DNA of 64,000 nt from positions 5,486 through 69,485 of the forward strand of contig DYIF01000006.1 of the NCBI GenBank assembly GCA_020723765.1. The letters run 5' to 3'. Every line of letters begins with the position of its first letter. The first letter of the stretch is position 1. The translations under genes and the position numbers were made by a program. The notes under the pieces are model-generated. The model searched no databases. It worked only from the letters and a program-made list of their open reading frames with translations, and was not told where the DNA came from. This document shows, one piece after another, positions 28,424-37,698 of this stretch. This DNA is from Elusimicrobium minutum. GTDB taxonomy: Bacteria > Elusimicrobiota > Elusimicrobia > Elusimicrobiales > UBA9959.

Positions 28424-29415
28424 TTTAATTTTTTTCCCAATACCGAATAAGCGAAACTGTCGAGCGACGCTTTTTTAACTACAGTTTCTCTCGCTTTTTT
28501 ACCCATACCATAGAGTTTGTTTTTGTTCGCTATTATCAGATTTATTTTTTCTTTAATCTCGGCCGTTTCCGAATAAAAAAAGCCGTTTATCCCGTCTTTT
28601 ATGTATTTTCTCATCCATTTGGTATTTTTTATAAGAACCGGTTTTCCCATCGCCATAGACATAAACGCTATAGCCATTCCGGCCGTTTCGTTTTTTTCGT
28701 TATCGGATATAGGTATCGCGGTAAAATTCGCTTCGGATATGAGTTTTTTCAAATTAAATAGATTTTGGTTTAATTTTAGAAAAATTATATTTTCTTTTTG
28801 CGGTATTTGAGAGTTGGATACCGCTATTAGTTTAATGTCTTTGTCTAAAGCGTTTAAAAGATTATCGAAATCTCTTCCTTTAGAACCCGCGGTAAATATT
28901 TTTATGACTTCCGAAATGTTTTCTGAATTTTTCTCGGGCTTATAATACTCGGTGTCTATATAATAATCCCTTTTTAATATCTTCCCCAAAGGCGGATAGT
29001 TTTTAGGGTCCTCAAACCTGAATATGTATGAATAGTCGAATAGTTTAAAAAAATCGGTTTTGGAAACTTTATCGTAAAAACTCGAATCTTTGGGCATCGG
29101 GATAAGATGGTTCATTATCATTATTTTGGGAATTTCGTATCGTTTTGCGATTCTTGCGTAATAAAGAGAGGATTTATCCGTTTTCCATGGGAAATCTATC
29201 GATATTATTAAATCGCATTCGGGATTTTTTCGGATTTTTAGATAATGTGTTCTGTTTCTCTCAAGCTCTTTGGATGTGGCAAGAGCGGAGTAATCATGTT
29301 TGAAAGAGTGTATCGTTAAAAAATTTATTTTTTTATTTAAGCAGGCTCTCGATAAAGCCATTTCCATATGATAATTTTCCGGAGATTCGTTGAAATTTAA
29401 TATCAGCACCTTCAT
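28420..29415 (-). CDS. Glycosyltransferase (GT-B, GT1/GT4-like)
   Basis: C-terminal ETAGMAIAFMSMAMGKPVL...DGINGFFY resembles the GT4 nucleotide-sugar-binding region. Overlaps the radical SAM gene by 4 nt. Confidence 0.55.
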   Translation of the reverse strand: MKVLILNFNESPENYHMEMALSRACLNKKINFLTIHSFKHDYSALATSKELERNRTHYLKIRKNPECDLIISIDFPWKTDKSSLYYARIAKRYEIPKIMIMNHLIPMPKDSSFYDKVSKTDFFKLFDYSYIFRFEDPKNYPPLGKILKRDYYIDTEYYKPEKNSENISEVIKIFTAGSKGRDFDNLLNALDKDIKLIAVSNSQIPQKENIIFLKLNQNLFNLKKLISEANFTAIPISDNEKNETAGMAIAFMSMAMGKPVLIKNTKWMRKYIKDGINGFFYSETAEIKEKINLIIANKNKLYGMGKKARETVVKKASLDSFAYSVLGKKLK

Positions 29416-29438
29416 TTTTAGTATTATATAATTTTAAT

Positions 29439-30101
29439 ATGAATCTTTTAAATATAAGATTTATGAGAGAGGTTTTGCTTCCCAATTTGGCATATCTTAT
29501 AATAAAGATTTTATCGTCGAGTCTTAATATAAAATATATAAACAGAGAGAAAGTGGAAGAGTCGATAAAAGCGGGCGATAAAATAATTTTCGCTTTCTGG
29601 CATCAGAGACAATTTTTTTTGGTTAATCCTCATAGCGGATTTAGATTAGCTCTTATGACAAGCCTGTCTAAAGACGGCGAACTTCAGACCGCCATACTTT
29701 CAAAGTTCGGTTATCGTTGCATAAGGGGTTCAAGCTCGAAGGGCGGGGTTTCGGCGCTTAAGGCTATGGTAAGAATAGTAAGGGAGGGCTATAATGTAGC
29801 TTTGGCGGTGGACGGTCCTAAGGGACCGATATATGAGGTCAAAGACGGTATTTTGTTTTTGGCTAAAATGACCAAAGCGGTCATAATTCCGGTTTCCGCC
29901 TCTTCCAAAAGCTTTGTCTTTAAAAAAGCCTGGGATAGGTATATGCTTCCGATTCCTTTTTCCAAAGCGGTTATAATTTACGGGGAGCCGATAACCATAT
30001 CGGAGAAAGACGAAATAAGCGTTAAAAGAGAAGAGGTTAAAAGAAGTTTAGACTATTTGACTCTTACGGCTGATAAAGAAGCCGGTTTTATGCTAAAATA
30101 G
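29439..30101 (+). CDS. DUF374 / lysophospholipid acyltransferase-like protein
   Basis: FAFWHQRQF ... SKDGE ... RGSSSKGG ... AVDGPKGP pattern of the DUF374 family. Confidence 0.7.
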   Translation: MNLLNIRFMREVLLPNLAYLIIKILSSSLNIKYINREKVEESIKAGDKIIFAFWHQRQFFLVNPHSGFRLALMTSLSKDGELQTAILSKFGYRCIRGSSSKGGVSALKAMVRIVREGYNVALAVDGPKGPIYEVKDGILFLAKMTKAVIIPVSASSKSFVFKKAWDRYMLPIPFSKAVIIYGEPITISEKDEISVKREEVKRSLDYLTLTADKEAGFMLK

Positions 30102-30149
30102 GATAATGGGTATTGTTAAAATCGTTTTTAAATCTTTAAGGAGGGAAAA

Positions 30150-31241
30150 ATGCTAAGAAACGAAAAAGAGAAGAATAATATTTCCGATAATAAATCTTCC
30201 AAAACCGAAAAAACTCACGCTTTGGAAGCGGCTTTGTCTCAGATAGAAAAAACATTCGGGAAAGAAGCGATAATGAGGCTTGGGGAAAAGAGCGCAAAGA
30301 TAAAAATATCCGTAATACCTACCGGCGCGCTTTCGCTGGACCTTGCGCTTGGAGTGGGGGGACTTCCGAGAGGAAGAATAATAGAAGTTTTCGGCCCGGA
30401 GGCCAGCGGTAAAACTACGCTTACGCTTCACATAATAGCTCAGGCTCAAAAACAGGGCGGGGTTGCTGCTTTTATAGACGCCGAGCATGCTTTAGATCCC
30501 TTTTACGCAAAGAAAATAGGAGTGGACATCGATAACCTTTTCATATCTCAGCCGGACTCCGGAGAAGAGGCTTTGGAGATAGCCGAAAAATTGGTAAGGT
30601 CGGGAGCTGTGGACGTCATAGTTATAGACTCCGTCGCGGCGCTTGTTCCAAAAGCCGAGATAGAAGGCGAGATGGGGGACCAGCATATGGGACTTCAGGC
30701 GAGGCTTATGTCTCAGGCGCTAAGGAAACTTACCGCCATAGCCTCCAATACTAAAACCGCCATAATTTTTATAAACCAGATAAGGCATAAAATAGGAGTA
30801 ATGTTCGGAAGCCCCGAAACCACGACCGGTGGGCTTGCTTTAAAGTTTTACTCTTCGGTTAGGCTTGATATAAGAAAAATAGAAAACATAAAACAGGGAG
30901 AGATGGTCACCGGAGCCAAGATTAGAGTGAAAATAGTCAAAAACAAAGTCGCGCCTCCTTACAGAATGGCGGAGTTTGAGATGATAAACGGAGTGGGTAT
31001 TTCCAGAGAAGGATGTCTGCTGGATATGGGAGTTGAAAGCGGAATAGTGGAAAAAACCGGAAGCTGGTTTGAGTATAAAGGCGAGAGGCTTGGACAGGGA
31101 AGAGAAAACGCAAAAGAATTTTTGAAATCCAATCCAAATATCGCGGAAGAGATAGAAAAAGAGCTTAAGAACAGATATCTAAACGAAGGCGCGGCTGCCG
31201 AAGAAAAAGAAGAGCCGAAAGAAGAGAAGAAAAAGAAATAA
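30150..31241 (+). CDS. recA: Recombinase A
   Basis: [31 protein letters not shown] and VIDSVAAL are canonical RecA motifs. Acidic/Lys-rich tail. Confidence 0.97.
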   Translation: MLRNEKEKNNISDNKSSKTEKTHALEAALSQIEKTFGKEAIMRLGEKSAKIKISVIPTGALSLDLALGVGGLPRGRIIEVFGPEASGKTTLTLHIIAQAQKQGGVAAFIDAEHALDPFYAKKIGVDIDNLFISQPDSGEEALEIAEKLVRSGAVDVIVIDSVAALVPKAEIEGEMGDQHMGLQARLMSQALRKLTAIASNTKTAIIFINQIRHKIGVMFGSPETTTGGLALKFYSSVRLDIRKIENIKQGEMVTGAKIRVKIVKNKVAPPYRMAEFEMINGVGISREGCLLDMGVESGIVEKTGSWFEYKGERLGQGRENAKEFLKSNPNIAEEIEKELKNRYLNEGAAAEEKEEPKEEKKKK

Positions 31242-31259
31242 AATCCTTTCGCTTTTTTT

Positions 31260-32147
31260 ATGTATGAAAACATTTTAAACGGTTTTTCGTCTTATATTTT
31301 ATTGGAAAAAAATCTTTCCAAAAATACAAAACTTTCTTACGTAAGGGACGTGAAAAAATTTTTAGAATACTGCGATAAAAACAATATAAGTTTCGTTTCT
31401 ATAAAACCTTTGGAACTTGAAAATTATCTTTTTTCGCTAAAAAACAAAGGCTATAAAATAAATTCGTTGTTTAGAAAAACGGAATCAATAAGGGCTTTTT
31501 ACAAGTACCTTTTAATAGACGGAAAGATAACCGAAAACCCTCTTTCTTCTTTTAAGCCGCCAAGGCCCGACAAAAAACTTCCAGAATTTCTTTCTATAGA
31601 CGACATAGAAAAACTTCTTTCGGTTTTTAAGGGCGATAGGTTTAACGGTATAAGGAGCTTTGCCATTATGGACCTTTTATATTCGAGCGGTATGAGGGTC
31701 AGCGAGGTATGCGATTTGGTTATGGAGTCGGTTAATTTAACTCAGTTATGGATAAGGGTGATAGGAAAAGGGAACAAAGAGCGAATAGTTCCGATAAACG
31801 AAAATACCGCGGGGATATTAAAGATTTATATTTCCGAAAGGAACCTGCATTTTGCAAACAAAGAAGCCGATTCTTATCTTTTTTTAAATAAAAGCGGAAA
31901 GAAGTTAAGCAGGGTTCAGATATGGAAGGACATAAAAAAATTGGCCAAAGAGGCGGGAATAAAGAAAAATGTTTATCCCCATCTATTCAGACATACCTTT
32001 GCCACTCATTTATTAAACGGCGGGGCCGATTTGAAATCTATAAGCGAAATGCTGGGCCATTCCAGTTTGACCACCACTCAAATATATACTCATTTAGATA
32101 ACAGGGTTATAAAATCTATGCATAAAAAATATCATCCCAAGGGCTGA
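31260..32147 (+). CDS. xerD: Tyrosine recombinase XerC/XerD family
   Basis: SGMRVSEV, HLFRHTFATHLL and GHSSLTTTQIYTH (R..HxxR..Y catalytic set). I cannot distinguish XerC from XerD by eye. Confidence 0.8.
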   Translation: MYENILNGFSSYILLEKNLSKNTKLSYVRDVKKFLEYCDKNNISFVSIKPLELENYLFSLKNKGYKINSLFRKTESIRAFYKYLLIDGKITENPLSSFKPPRPDKKLPEFLSIDDIEKLLSVFKGDRFNGIRSFAIMDLLYSSGMRVSEVCDLVMESVNLTQLWIRVIGKGNKERIVPINENTAGILKIYISERNLHFANKEADSYLFLNKSGKKLSRVQIWKDIKKLAKEAGIKKNVYPHLFRHTFATHLLNGGADLKSISEMLGHSSLTTTQIYTHLDNRVIKSMHKKYHPKG

Positions 32148-32150
32148 TAC

Positions 32151-32262
32151 AAGTCTAAAATTCAATGTTCAAAGTTTAATGTTAAATGTTTAAAGTCTAA
32201 TGACAGAGAACAGAGATTAGGGGTTAGAGAATAGAGTAGAGAGGGGAGAATAGGGGGAAAAT
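32151..32262. repeat. Degenerate heptanucleotide-periodic array (about 16 units)
   Basis: Read in 7-nt phase: aagtcta aaattca atgttca aagttta atgttaa atgttta aagtcta | atgacag agaacag agattag gggttag agaatag agtagag aggggag aataggg ggaaaat. That is seven AWGTYTA-like units, then at least seven purine-rich AGRNNAG-like units. Confidence 0.6.
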
Positions 32263-32289
32263 GGGTTTTCCTTATTTTTGGCATCAAAA

Positions 32290-32298
32290 TGCTATAAT
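32290..32298 (+). promoter_or_regulatory. Extended -10 promoter element (TGcTATAAT) for the nfu-like gene
   Basis: TGCTATAAT at 32290-32298. AAGGAG SD at 32306-32311, ATG at 32317. Confidence 0.4.
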
Positions 32299-32316
32299 AT
32301 AATTTAAGGAGATATT

Positions 32317-32541
32317 ATGAGAAAAAAAGTTGAAGCTGTTATAAATAAGATAAAACCGATGCTTGAGGCGGACGGCGGTTCTATAGAATTGGTTGATGTC
32401 GACGAGAAAAACGGCATAGTTAAGGTAAGGCTTGTCGGCGCCTGCGGAGCCTGTCCTTTTTCGGTTATGACATTAAAAAATCTTGTCGAAAGAACGATTA
32501 AAGAGGAAATTCCTGAAGTCAAAGAAGTCGTAAGCGCTTAA
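32317..32541 (+). CDS. NifU-like (Nfu C-terminal domain) Fe-S cluster protein
   Basis: 74 aa. IKPMLEADGGSIELVDV...VRLVGACGACPFS with the CxxC motif. Confidence 0.85.
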   Translation: MRKKVEAVINKIKPMLEADGGSIELVDVDEKNGIVKVRLVGACGACPFSVMTLKNLVERTIKEEIPEVKEVVSA

Positions 32542-32561
32542 TCTTCTTTTATATCTTTTAA

Positions 32562-33365
32562 ATGGTTTACATAAATCTTCATACCCATTCCAATTTTTCA
32601 GACGGTACTTTAACACCTTCGGATCTGATTAAGCTTTCCAATTCAAAAGGCGTGGAATATCTTTCTTTGACCGACCACGATACCGTTAACGGTTACGATT
32701 CTTTGAAAGACGAGGAGATTAAAGGCATTAAGTTTATAAAAGGTATAGAGATAAGCACTAAAAATCACGATTATCTTCATATATTGGGATATAACATAGA
32801 CGTAAAAAACAAAAGTTTTTTGTCTGACATAGCCGATTATAGAGAAAGAAGGGTTTCCAGAGTCAAGGAGATAATAAGAAAGCTTAACGAAATAAATATA
32901 AACATTTCTTTCGACGATCTAAAAGCCAACTCCCTTACGACTCTCGGAAGACCTCATATAGCGGACGCTCTTATCGAAAAAGGCTACGGCAAGACCAGAA
33001 CCGAGGTATTTCATAAGTATTTGATAGAAGGATGCTACGCTTACGTCAAACCTCGAGGGCCGGATATATCCGAGGCGATAAAAACGATTAAAAATGCGGG
33101 GGGTGTGGCGGTACTGGCTCATCCGTCCACCATAGAAGGAAGTTTTAATGTCGAGGATGTGATAAAAATGGGATTTGACGGGATAGAGGTTTTTTATCCG
33201 ACCCATACCAACAATAAAACGAAAAAATATCTGGAGATAGCGAAGAAATATAATCTCATAGTAACCGCCGGTACCGATTATCACGGTCCCGGGACGGATA
33301 GGGAAAAATTGGATCTTTTTAAGTTCGAAACCGATAAATTCAATAATATAGAAAAAATTTTATGA
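32562..33365 (+). CDS. PHP-domain phosphoesterase (TrpH/YciV-like)
   Basis: INLHTHSNFSDG, LSLTDHDT and LAHP motifs of PHP metal-dependent phosphoesterases. Confidence 0.8.
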   Translation: MVYINLHTHSNFSDGTLTPSDLIKLSNSKGVEYLSLTDHDTVNGYDSLKDEEIKGIKFIKGIEISTKNHDYLHILGYNIDVKNKSFLSDIADYRERRVSRVKEIIRKLNEININISFDDLKANSLTTLGRPHIADALIEKGYGKTRTEVFHKYLIEGCYAYVKPRGPDISEAIKTIKNAGGVAVLAHPSTIEGSFNVEDVIKMGFDGIEVFYPTHTNNKTKKYLEIAKKYNLIVTAGTDYHGPGTDREKLDLFKFETDKFNNIEKIL

Positions 33366-34372
33366 ATGCCGATATAGGAAACGAAATATTAAGATTAAAG
33401 GAAAAAGGGCTATCGAAGCTTTGCGTAGAGGAATCTCTGGAAAAAATAGCCGCTCTTACTCTCGAAATAAATAAATTAAAGAAAGAAAAGAAAGCGGTCA
33501 TAGCGGCTCATGTTTATCAAAGACCTGAGATTATTTTGGGAACGGCCGATTTCGTTGGGGACTCTTATAAACTCGCAAAAGACTGCGTGGGGGTGGATGC
33601 GGAAATTATAGTTTTTTGCGGCGTAAATTTTATGGCGGAGACCGCCAAAATACTAAATCCCAAAAAAAGAGTATTTATACCTCGAAAAGACGCGGGTTGT
33701 TCTTTAAGCGATTCAATAAAAGCCGAAGATGTCAGGAATCTTAAAAAAAACTATCCTTCGGCGCCTGTGGTTACATATATTAACACCTCCGCGGATGTCA
33801 AAGCCGAAAGCGACGTGATAGTAACAAGTTCCAACGCCGAAAAGATATTAAGAAAAATATTTGAAAAAAATAAACAGGTAATATTTATTCCCGATAAATA
33901 TATGGGGAAAAACTTAGCGGATAAGTTAAATAAAAAGATAGGGACGGATATTATTTTATGGGACGGAAGTTGCGTGGTTCATGAAAAATTCGACCCGGAG
34001 ATAATTTCGGATTACAGGAAAAAATATCCGGATATGATGGTTATGGCTCATTCGGAATGCCCTTCGGAGATAATAAAAAAAGTCGATTTTATGGGTTCCA
34101 CTTCCGATATGTTAAAACAAATAGAAAATACGAACGCTTCTCATTATATGCTTATTACCGAGTGTGGGCTGGGGGAACTTGCAGCAGTTAAATATCCGAA
34201 TAAAAAATTTATAGCCATGTGCAGGCTATGCCCTTATATGAAAATGATTACTCTTGAAAACATAAAAGACACTCTTTTAAATCTTAAATCGGAAAATGAA
34301 ATTTTTGTAGAAGAATCGGTAGCGTCAAAAGCGAAAAAATCCATAGAAAAAATGTTTGAATTTGCGGAATAA
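33362..34372 (+). CDS. nadA: Quinolinate synthase
   Basis: IAAHVYQRPEI, ADFVGDSYKLA, YINTSADVKA and MAHSECP are NadA-type motifs. Confidence 0.88.
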   Translation: MNADIGNEILRLKEKGLSKLCVEESLEKIAALTLEINKLKKEKKAVIAAHVYQRPEIILGTADFVGDSYKLAKDCVGVDAEIIVFCGVNFMAETAKILNPKKRVFIPRKDAGCSLSDSIKAEDVRNLKKNYPSAPVVTYINTSADVKAESDVIVTSSNAEKILRKIFEKNKQVIFIPDKYMGKNLADKLNKKIGTDIILWDGSCVVHEKFDPEIISDYRKKYPDMMVMAHSECPSEIIKKVDFMGSTSDMLKQIENTNASHYMLITECGLGELAAVKYPNKKFIAMCRLCPYMKMITLENIKDTLLNLKSENEIFVEESVASKAKKSIEKMFEFAE

Positions 34373-34412
34373 ACTGTTATAATATATAAAAGCCAAGTTG
34401 TAAGGAGAAAGT

Positions 34413-34817
34413 ATGGTTACAGTTAACGTTAAATGTCCGCACTGCGGAAAATCTTTGATGGATAAAAAAAGACTTATAGACTCCAAACCATCCATAGCGG
34501 TTAAGCTTACTTATGCCGGAAAAAGAGCTATGCTTTATTTGAGTTCGGTTTACGGAAGCTATAAAGTGGAAACCGAAATAGATGTTCCGAAATCGAAAAT
34601 AGCGGGTTTCAGATGCCCTCATTGCGACGGCGATTTAAAAAGCACCAGAAAATGCGATATATGCAACGCTCAGATGGTGGCTTTCGATCTTAAAGAAGGC
34701 GGTCAGGTTCAGATCTGCTCCAGAAGAGGATGTAAAAAACATATAGTGGAGTTTGAAAACCCGAAGACCGAGCTTGAGGCTTTTTATAAATCTTATATAA
34801 AAGCTTACGGCGATTGA
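34413..34817 (+). CDS. Zinc-ribbon protein of unknown function
   Basis: Paired CxxC motifs (CPHCG, CPHCDG, CDICN, C..RGC). No family recognised. Confidence 0.45.
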   Translation: MVTVNVKCPHCGKSLMDKKRLIDSKPSIAVKLTYAGKRAMLYLSSVYGSYKVETEIDVPKSKIAGFRCPHCDGDLKSTRKCDICNAQMVAFDLKEGGQVQICSRRGCKKHIVEFENPKTELEAFYKSYIKAYGD

Positions 34818-34853
34818 GCGGTTTAATACAAAATTCTTTTTATTTTTAACCAA

Positions 34854-35573
34854 ATGAAGAAATGGATATTTCTGGTTTTGCCTTTTTTGTTATTGGGTTT
34901 TGCGGTTTTTTATTACGTTAACCGAAATCCCGATATTTCCGAGTCGAGATATTCAAATAAAAGAGAGTTTAAAGCCGATAACAAATTAAACGAAAATCAA
35001 ATAATAGACGATTTCTCTTCCATAGATAATCCAAAACAAGAGCAAACCGTAAGTTTCGCTCTCGATATAAAAGGAACGGAAGATTTTAAGTCTAAGATAA
35101 AAGAATCTCTAAGGGTTTTGTGGTTATACGATAAAGAAGGAAGTTTCAGGCTTGTTAGAAGATATGTTTTTGAGATAAGAGAATCGAACAGAACGATGTT
35201 TTATTGGGATAACGAAAAACCGATAGCCGAAGTCTCCAAAGAAATGGTAGATAACAATTCAAAGACGTATCTCGCCTCGGTTCTCGCTCATTTGGGATGG
35301 CATGGTTATTATTTAAGCGTAAAAAAAGGCAAGAATAAAAAAGATGTGCCTCTTCCGGGAAAAGAGAATATAGATAAAAGTTTCGCCATGCCTTTCGGTA
35401 CCGATTTTAAAAAATTGGACGATTTATATAAAGTGGAAGAAGAAGCTTTTAAGTATCAGTTGTCGGTTTTGACCAAAATAAACGCTCCTCAAAACGAGCA
35501 AAGAGCTTTGAAAAATAGAGATTATAAAGATTTCTCTCCGGCTCACGACGGTAATTATTTCATACAATTCTAA
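34854..35573 (+). CDS. Membrane-anchored hypothetical protein
   Basis: N-terminal TM segment (WIFLVLPFLLLGFAVFYYV). No motif recognised. Confidence 0.45.
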   Translation: MKKWIFLVLPFLLLGFAVFYYVNRNPDISESRYSNKREFKADNKLNENQIIDDFSSIDNPKQEQTVSFALDIKGTEDFKSKIKESLRVLWLYDKEGSFRLVRRYVFEIRESNRTMFYWDNEKPIAEVSKEMVDNNSKTYLASVLAHLGWHGYYLSVKKGKNKKDVPLPGKENIDKSFAMPFGTDFKKLDDLYKVEEEAFKYQLSVLTKINAPQNEQRALKNRDYKDFSPAHDGNYFIQF

Positions 35574-35577
35574 AAAT

Positions 35578-36549
35578 ATGTATTTAAAGCCGTTGAAAAT
35601 AAAAAATTTAAACCTTAAAGGAAATTTGTTTTTAGCTCCAATGGCCGAGATTACGAATTATCCTTTCAGATCGATTTGCCTTAGAAACGGTTGCGATATG
35701 GTCATATCCGAAATGATATCGGCGAAAGCTTTGCATTATAAAAACCCGAAATCTTTATCCTCGCTTAAAATAAGGGACGATAAGCCGATCTGCCTTCAGA
35801 TATTCGGATCCGAACCTTCCGTGATGCTTGAAGCCGCCATTATGGCGGAAGAGGCCGGGGCGGATATGGTCGAGATAAACGCGGGTTGCCCGGTTAAAAA
35901 AATAGTAAAGACGGGAGCGGGTTCGGCTTTGATGAAAAATCCGATGCTTTTGGGAGACATTATAAATACATTATCCGCGAGGCTTAAAATACCTCTTTCG
36001 GTTAAAATAAGGATAGGGATTAACGATAAAGAAAAAAACGCTTTGATGCTCGCCAGAGTCATAGAAGAAAGCGGCGCTTCGATGATTCATATTCATCTAA
36101 GAACCATAGAACAGCATCATAGCGGGGATGTGGATTATGAAACGGCGAAAGCCGTTAAGTCTTCGGTTAAGATACCATTTATAGCAAACGGCGGGGTTGT
36201 GTCTGGCGAAAAAGCCTTAGAGATGTTTGAAAAAACCGGTTGCGACGGAATATCCATAGGCAGAGGCGCCATATCAAATCCTTTTATATTCGACGACATA
36301 AAAAACTTTTTATCTAAAGGCCAATCTAAGTTTAAATCCGTTTCGGATAGACTTAAAAGTTTTATCGAATATTTAGAGATAAGCTCAAACGAATTGGGCG
36401 AGAGAAACGCGATTGTAAAAGCAAGAAGAATAGCCGGCATGTGGATTAGCAGTTTCAAAAACGCAAGCGATATCAGAAACAGATTTATGAAGGCTCAGAG
36501 TTTGGCCGAAGCCAAAGAGATACTCGGAGAAATTTTAAACATAGTATGA
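35578..36549 (+). CDS. dusB: tRNA-dihydrouridine synthase
   Basis: LAPMAEITNYPFRSI, EINAGCP and the Dus TIM-barrel layout. Confidence 0.85.
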   Translation: MYLKPLKIKNLNLKGNLFLAPMAEITNYPFRSICLRNGCDMVISEMISAKALHYKNPKSLSSLKIRDDKPICLQIFGSEPSVMLEAAIMAEEAGADMVEINAGCPVKKIVKTGAGSALMKNPMLLGDIINTLSARLKIPLSVKIRIGINDKEKNALMLARVIEESGASMIHIHLRTIEQHHSGDVDYETAKAVKSSVKIPFIANGGVVSGEKALEMFEKTGCDGISIGRGAISNPFIFDDIKNFLSKGQSKFKSVSDRLKSFIEYLEISSNELGERNAIVKARRIAGMWISSFKNASDIRNRFMKAQSLAEAKEILGEILNIV

Positions 36550-37640
36550 AGGTTCTGGTTATTTTTAATTCTTTTAAACAAACCGCCTCTTCTTCCGAAC
36601 TAAACGAGGCGGTTTTAAAAAAACTTATTAATAAAAATATCAGCGCTTATGCCGTTAACGTTTCGGACGGTGGGGACGGTTTTTTGGATTGTTTTAGAAA
36701 AAATTGCGAAATAATAAAGAAAAAAGTAACGGGTCCTTTTTACGATATGAAGGTTAAATCCGAATACGGGATAAAAGGATACGAAGCTTTTGTTGAGATT
36801 GCGGAGATATGCGGCATAAGATATCTTAAAAAAGACGAACTGGACCCGATAAACGCCACCACATACGGAGTCGGCGAGGCAATAAAAGACGCCGTTAAAA
36901 AAGGAGTTAAAAAAATTTACATAGGGCTTGGAGGAACGGCTTCAAACGACGGGGGTTTCGGTATGGCTCGTTGTTTAGGGGCTAAGTTTCTTGATAGAAA
37001 AGCCAAACTTATAGATAATAATATTTACGGACTTTTGAATCTTTATCGAATAGATTTTTCAAATTTCATGGATGTTTCCGGTATAAAATTTTACGGAGTA
37101 TCGGATGTTAAAAATAAATTATTGGGCAAATACGGTTCGGCCAGAGTTTTCGGGCCTCAAAAAGGAGCTGACAAAAAAGATATAAAAATAATAGAAGAAG
37201 CCCTGAGTAATTTAAGCTACGTATTAAAAAAAGAAACAGGAAGGGATATATCGTCCGTCGAAGGGGGAGCAAGCGCGGGCGGGCTTGGAGCCGGGGTTTA
37301 CGGGTTTTTAAACGGCAAACTGATATCCGGTTCCGATTTTATTATTAAAAGATTTAATATTGAAGATATGATAAAAAAAGCCGATGTTATAATAACCGGT
37401 GAAGGCAAACTGGACAGATCCAGTTTCTACGGAAAGATTACGGGGGAGATAATAAAAATGGGGAGCAGGTTTAATAAAAAAATAATCTTTTTTACGGCGA
37501 TAAACGATTTTAATAAAAAAATTAAAGGAGTAGATGTAATAAATTTGTCTAAAAAATATCCTTTAAAAGCATGTTTGAGCGATATAGTATCTCTTATCGC
37601 GAAAGAGTCCGAAAATTTACGGCTGTTTAAGGCTTTGTAA
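36546..37640 (+). CDS. Glycerate kinase
   Basis: SDGGDGFLD, GLGGTASNDGG and ITGEGKLDRSSFYGK are glycerate kinase family motifs. Confidence 0.85.
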   Translation: MKVLVIFNSFKQTASSSELNEAVLKKLINKNISAYAVNVSDGGDGFLDCFRKNCEIIKKKVTGPFYDMKVKSEYGIKGYEAFVEIAEICGIRYLKKDELDPINATTYGVGEAIKDAVKKGVKKIYIGLGGTASNDGGFGMARCLGAKFLDRKAKLIDNNIYGLLNLYRIDFSNFMDVSGIKFYGVSDVKNKLLGKYGSARVFGPQKGADKKDIKIIEEALSNLSYVLKKETGRDISSVEGGASAGGLGAGVYGFLNGKLISGSDFIIKRFNIEDMIKKADVIITGEGKLDRSSFYGKITGEIIKMGSRFNKKIIFFTAINDFNKKIKGVDVINLSKKYPLKACLSDIVSLIAKESENLRLFKAL

Positions 37641-37698
37641 TTTTGTAGAATAATAGTAGATGTTTTAAAAGCTTATTTTGTTTTTAAGAGGTATTTTT

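Noticed and set aside
31260-32147. Tyrosine recombinase considered as an integrase of a mobile element.
   Set aside because: Its size and motifs fit chromosomal XerC/D. It sits next to recA with housekeeping genes on both sides, and no phage or ICE genes are nearby.
32160-32187. dif-like site next to xerD. TAATGTTAAAT (32177-32187) matches the E. coli XerD arm TTATGTTAAAT at 10/11 positions.
   Set aside because: The corresponding XerC arm and the quasi-palindromic partner are absent (ATTCAATGTTC vs GGTGCGCATAA). An 11-mer of A/T in AT-rich repetitive DNA is weak evidence.
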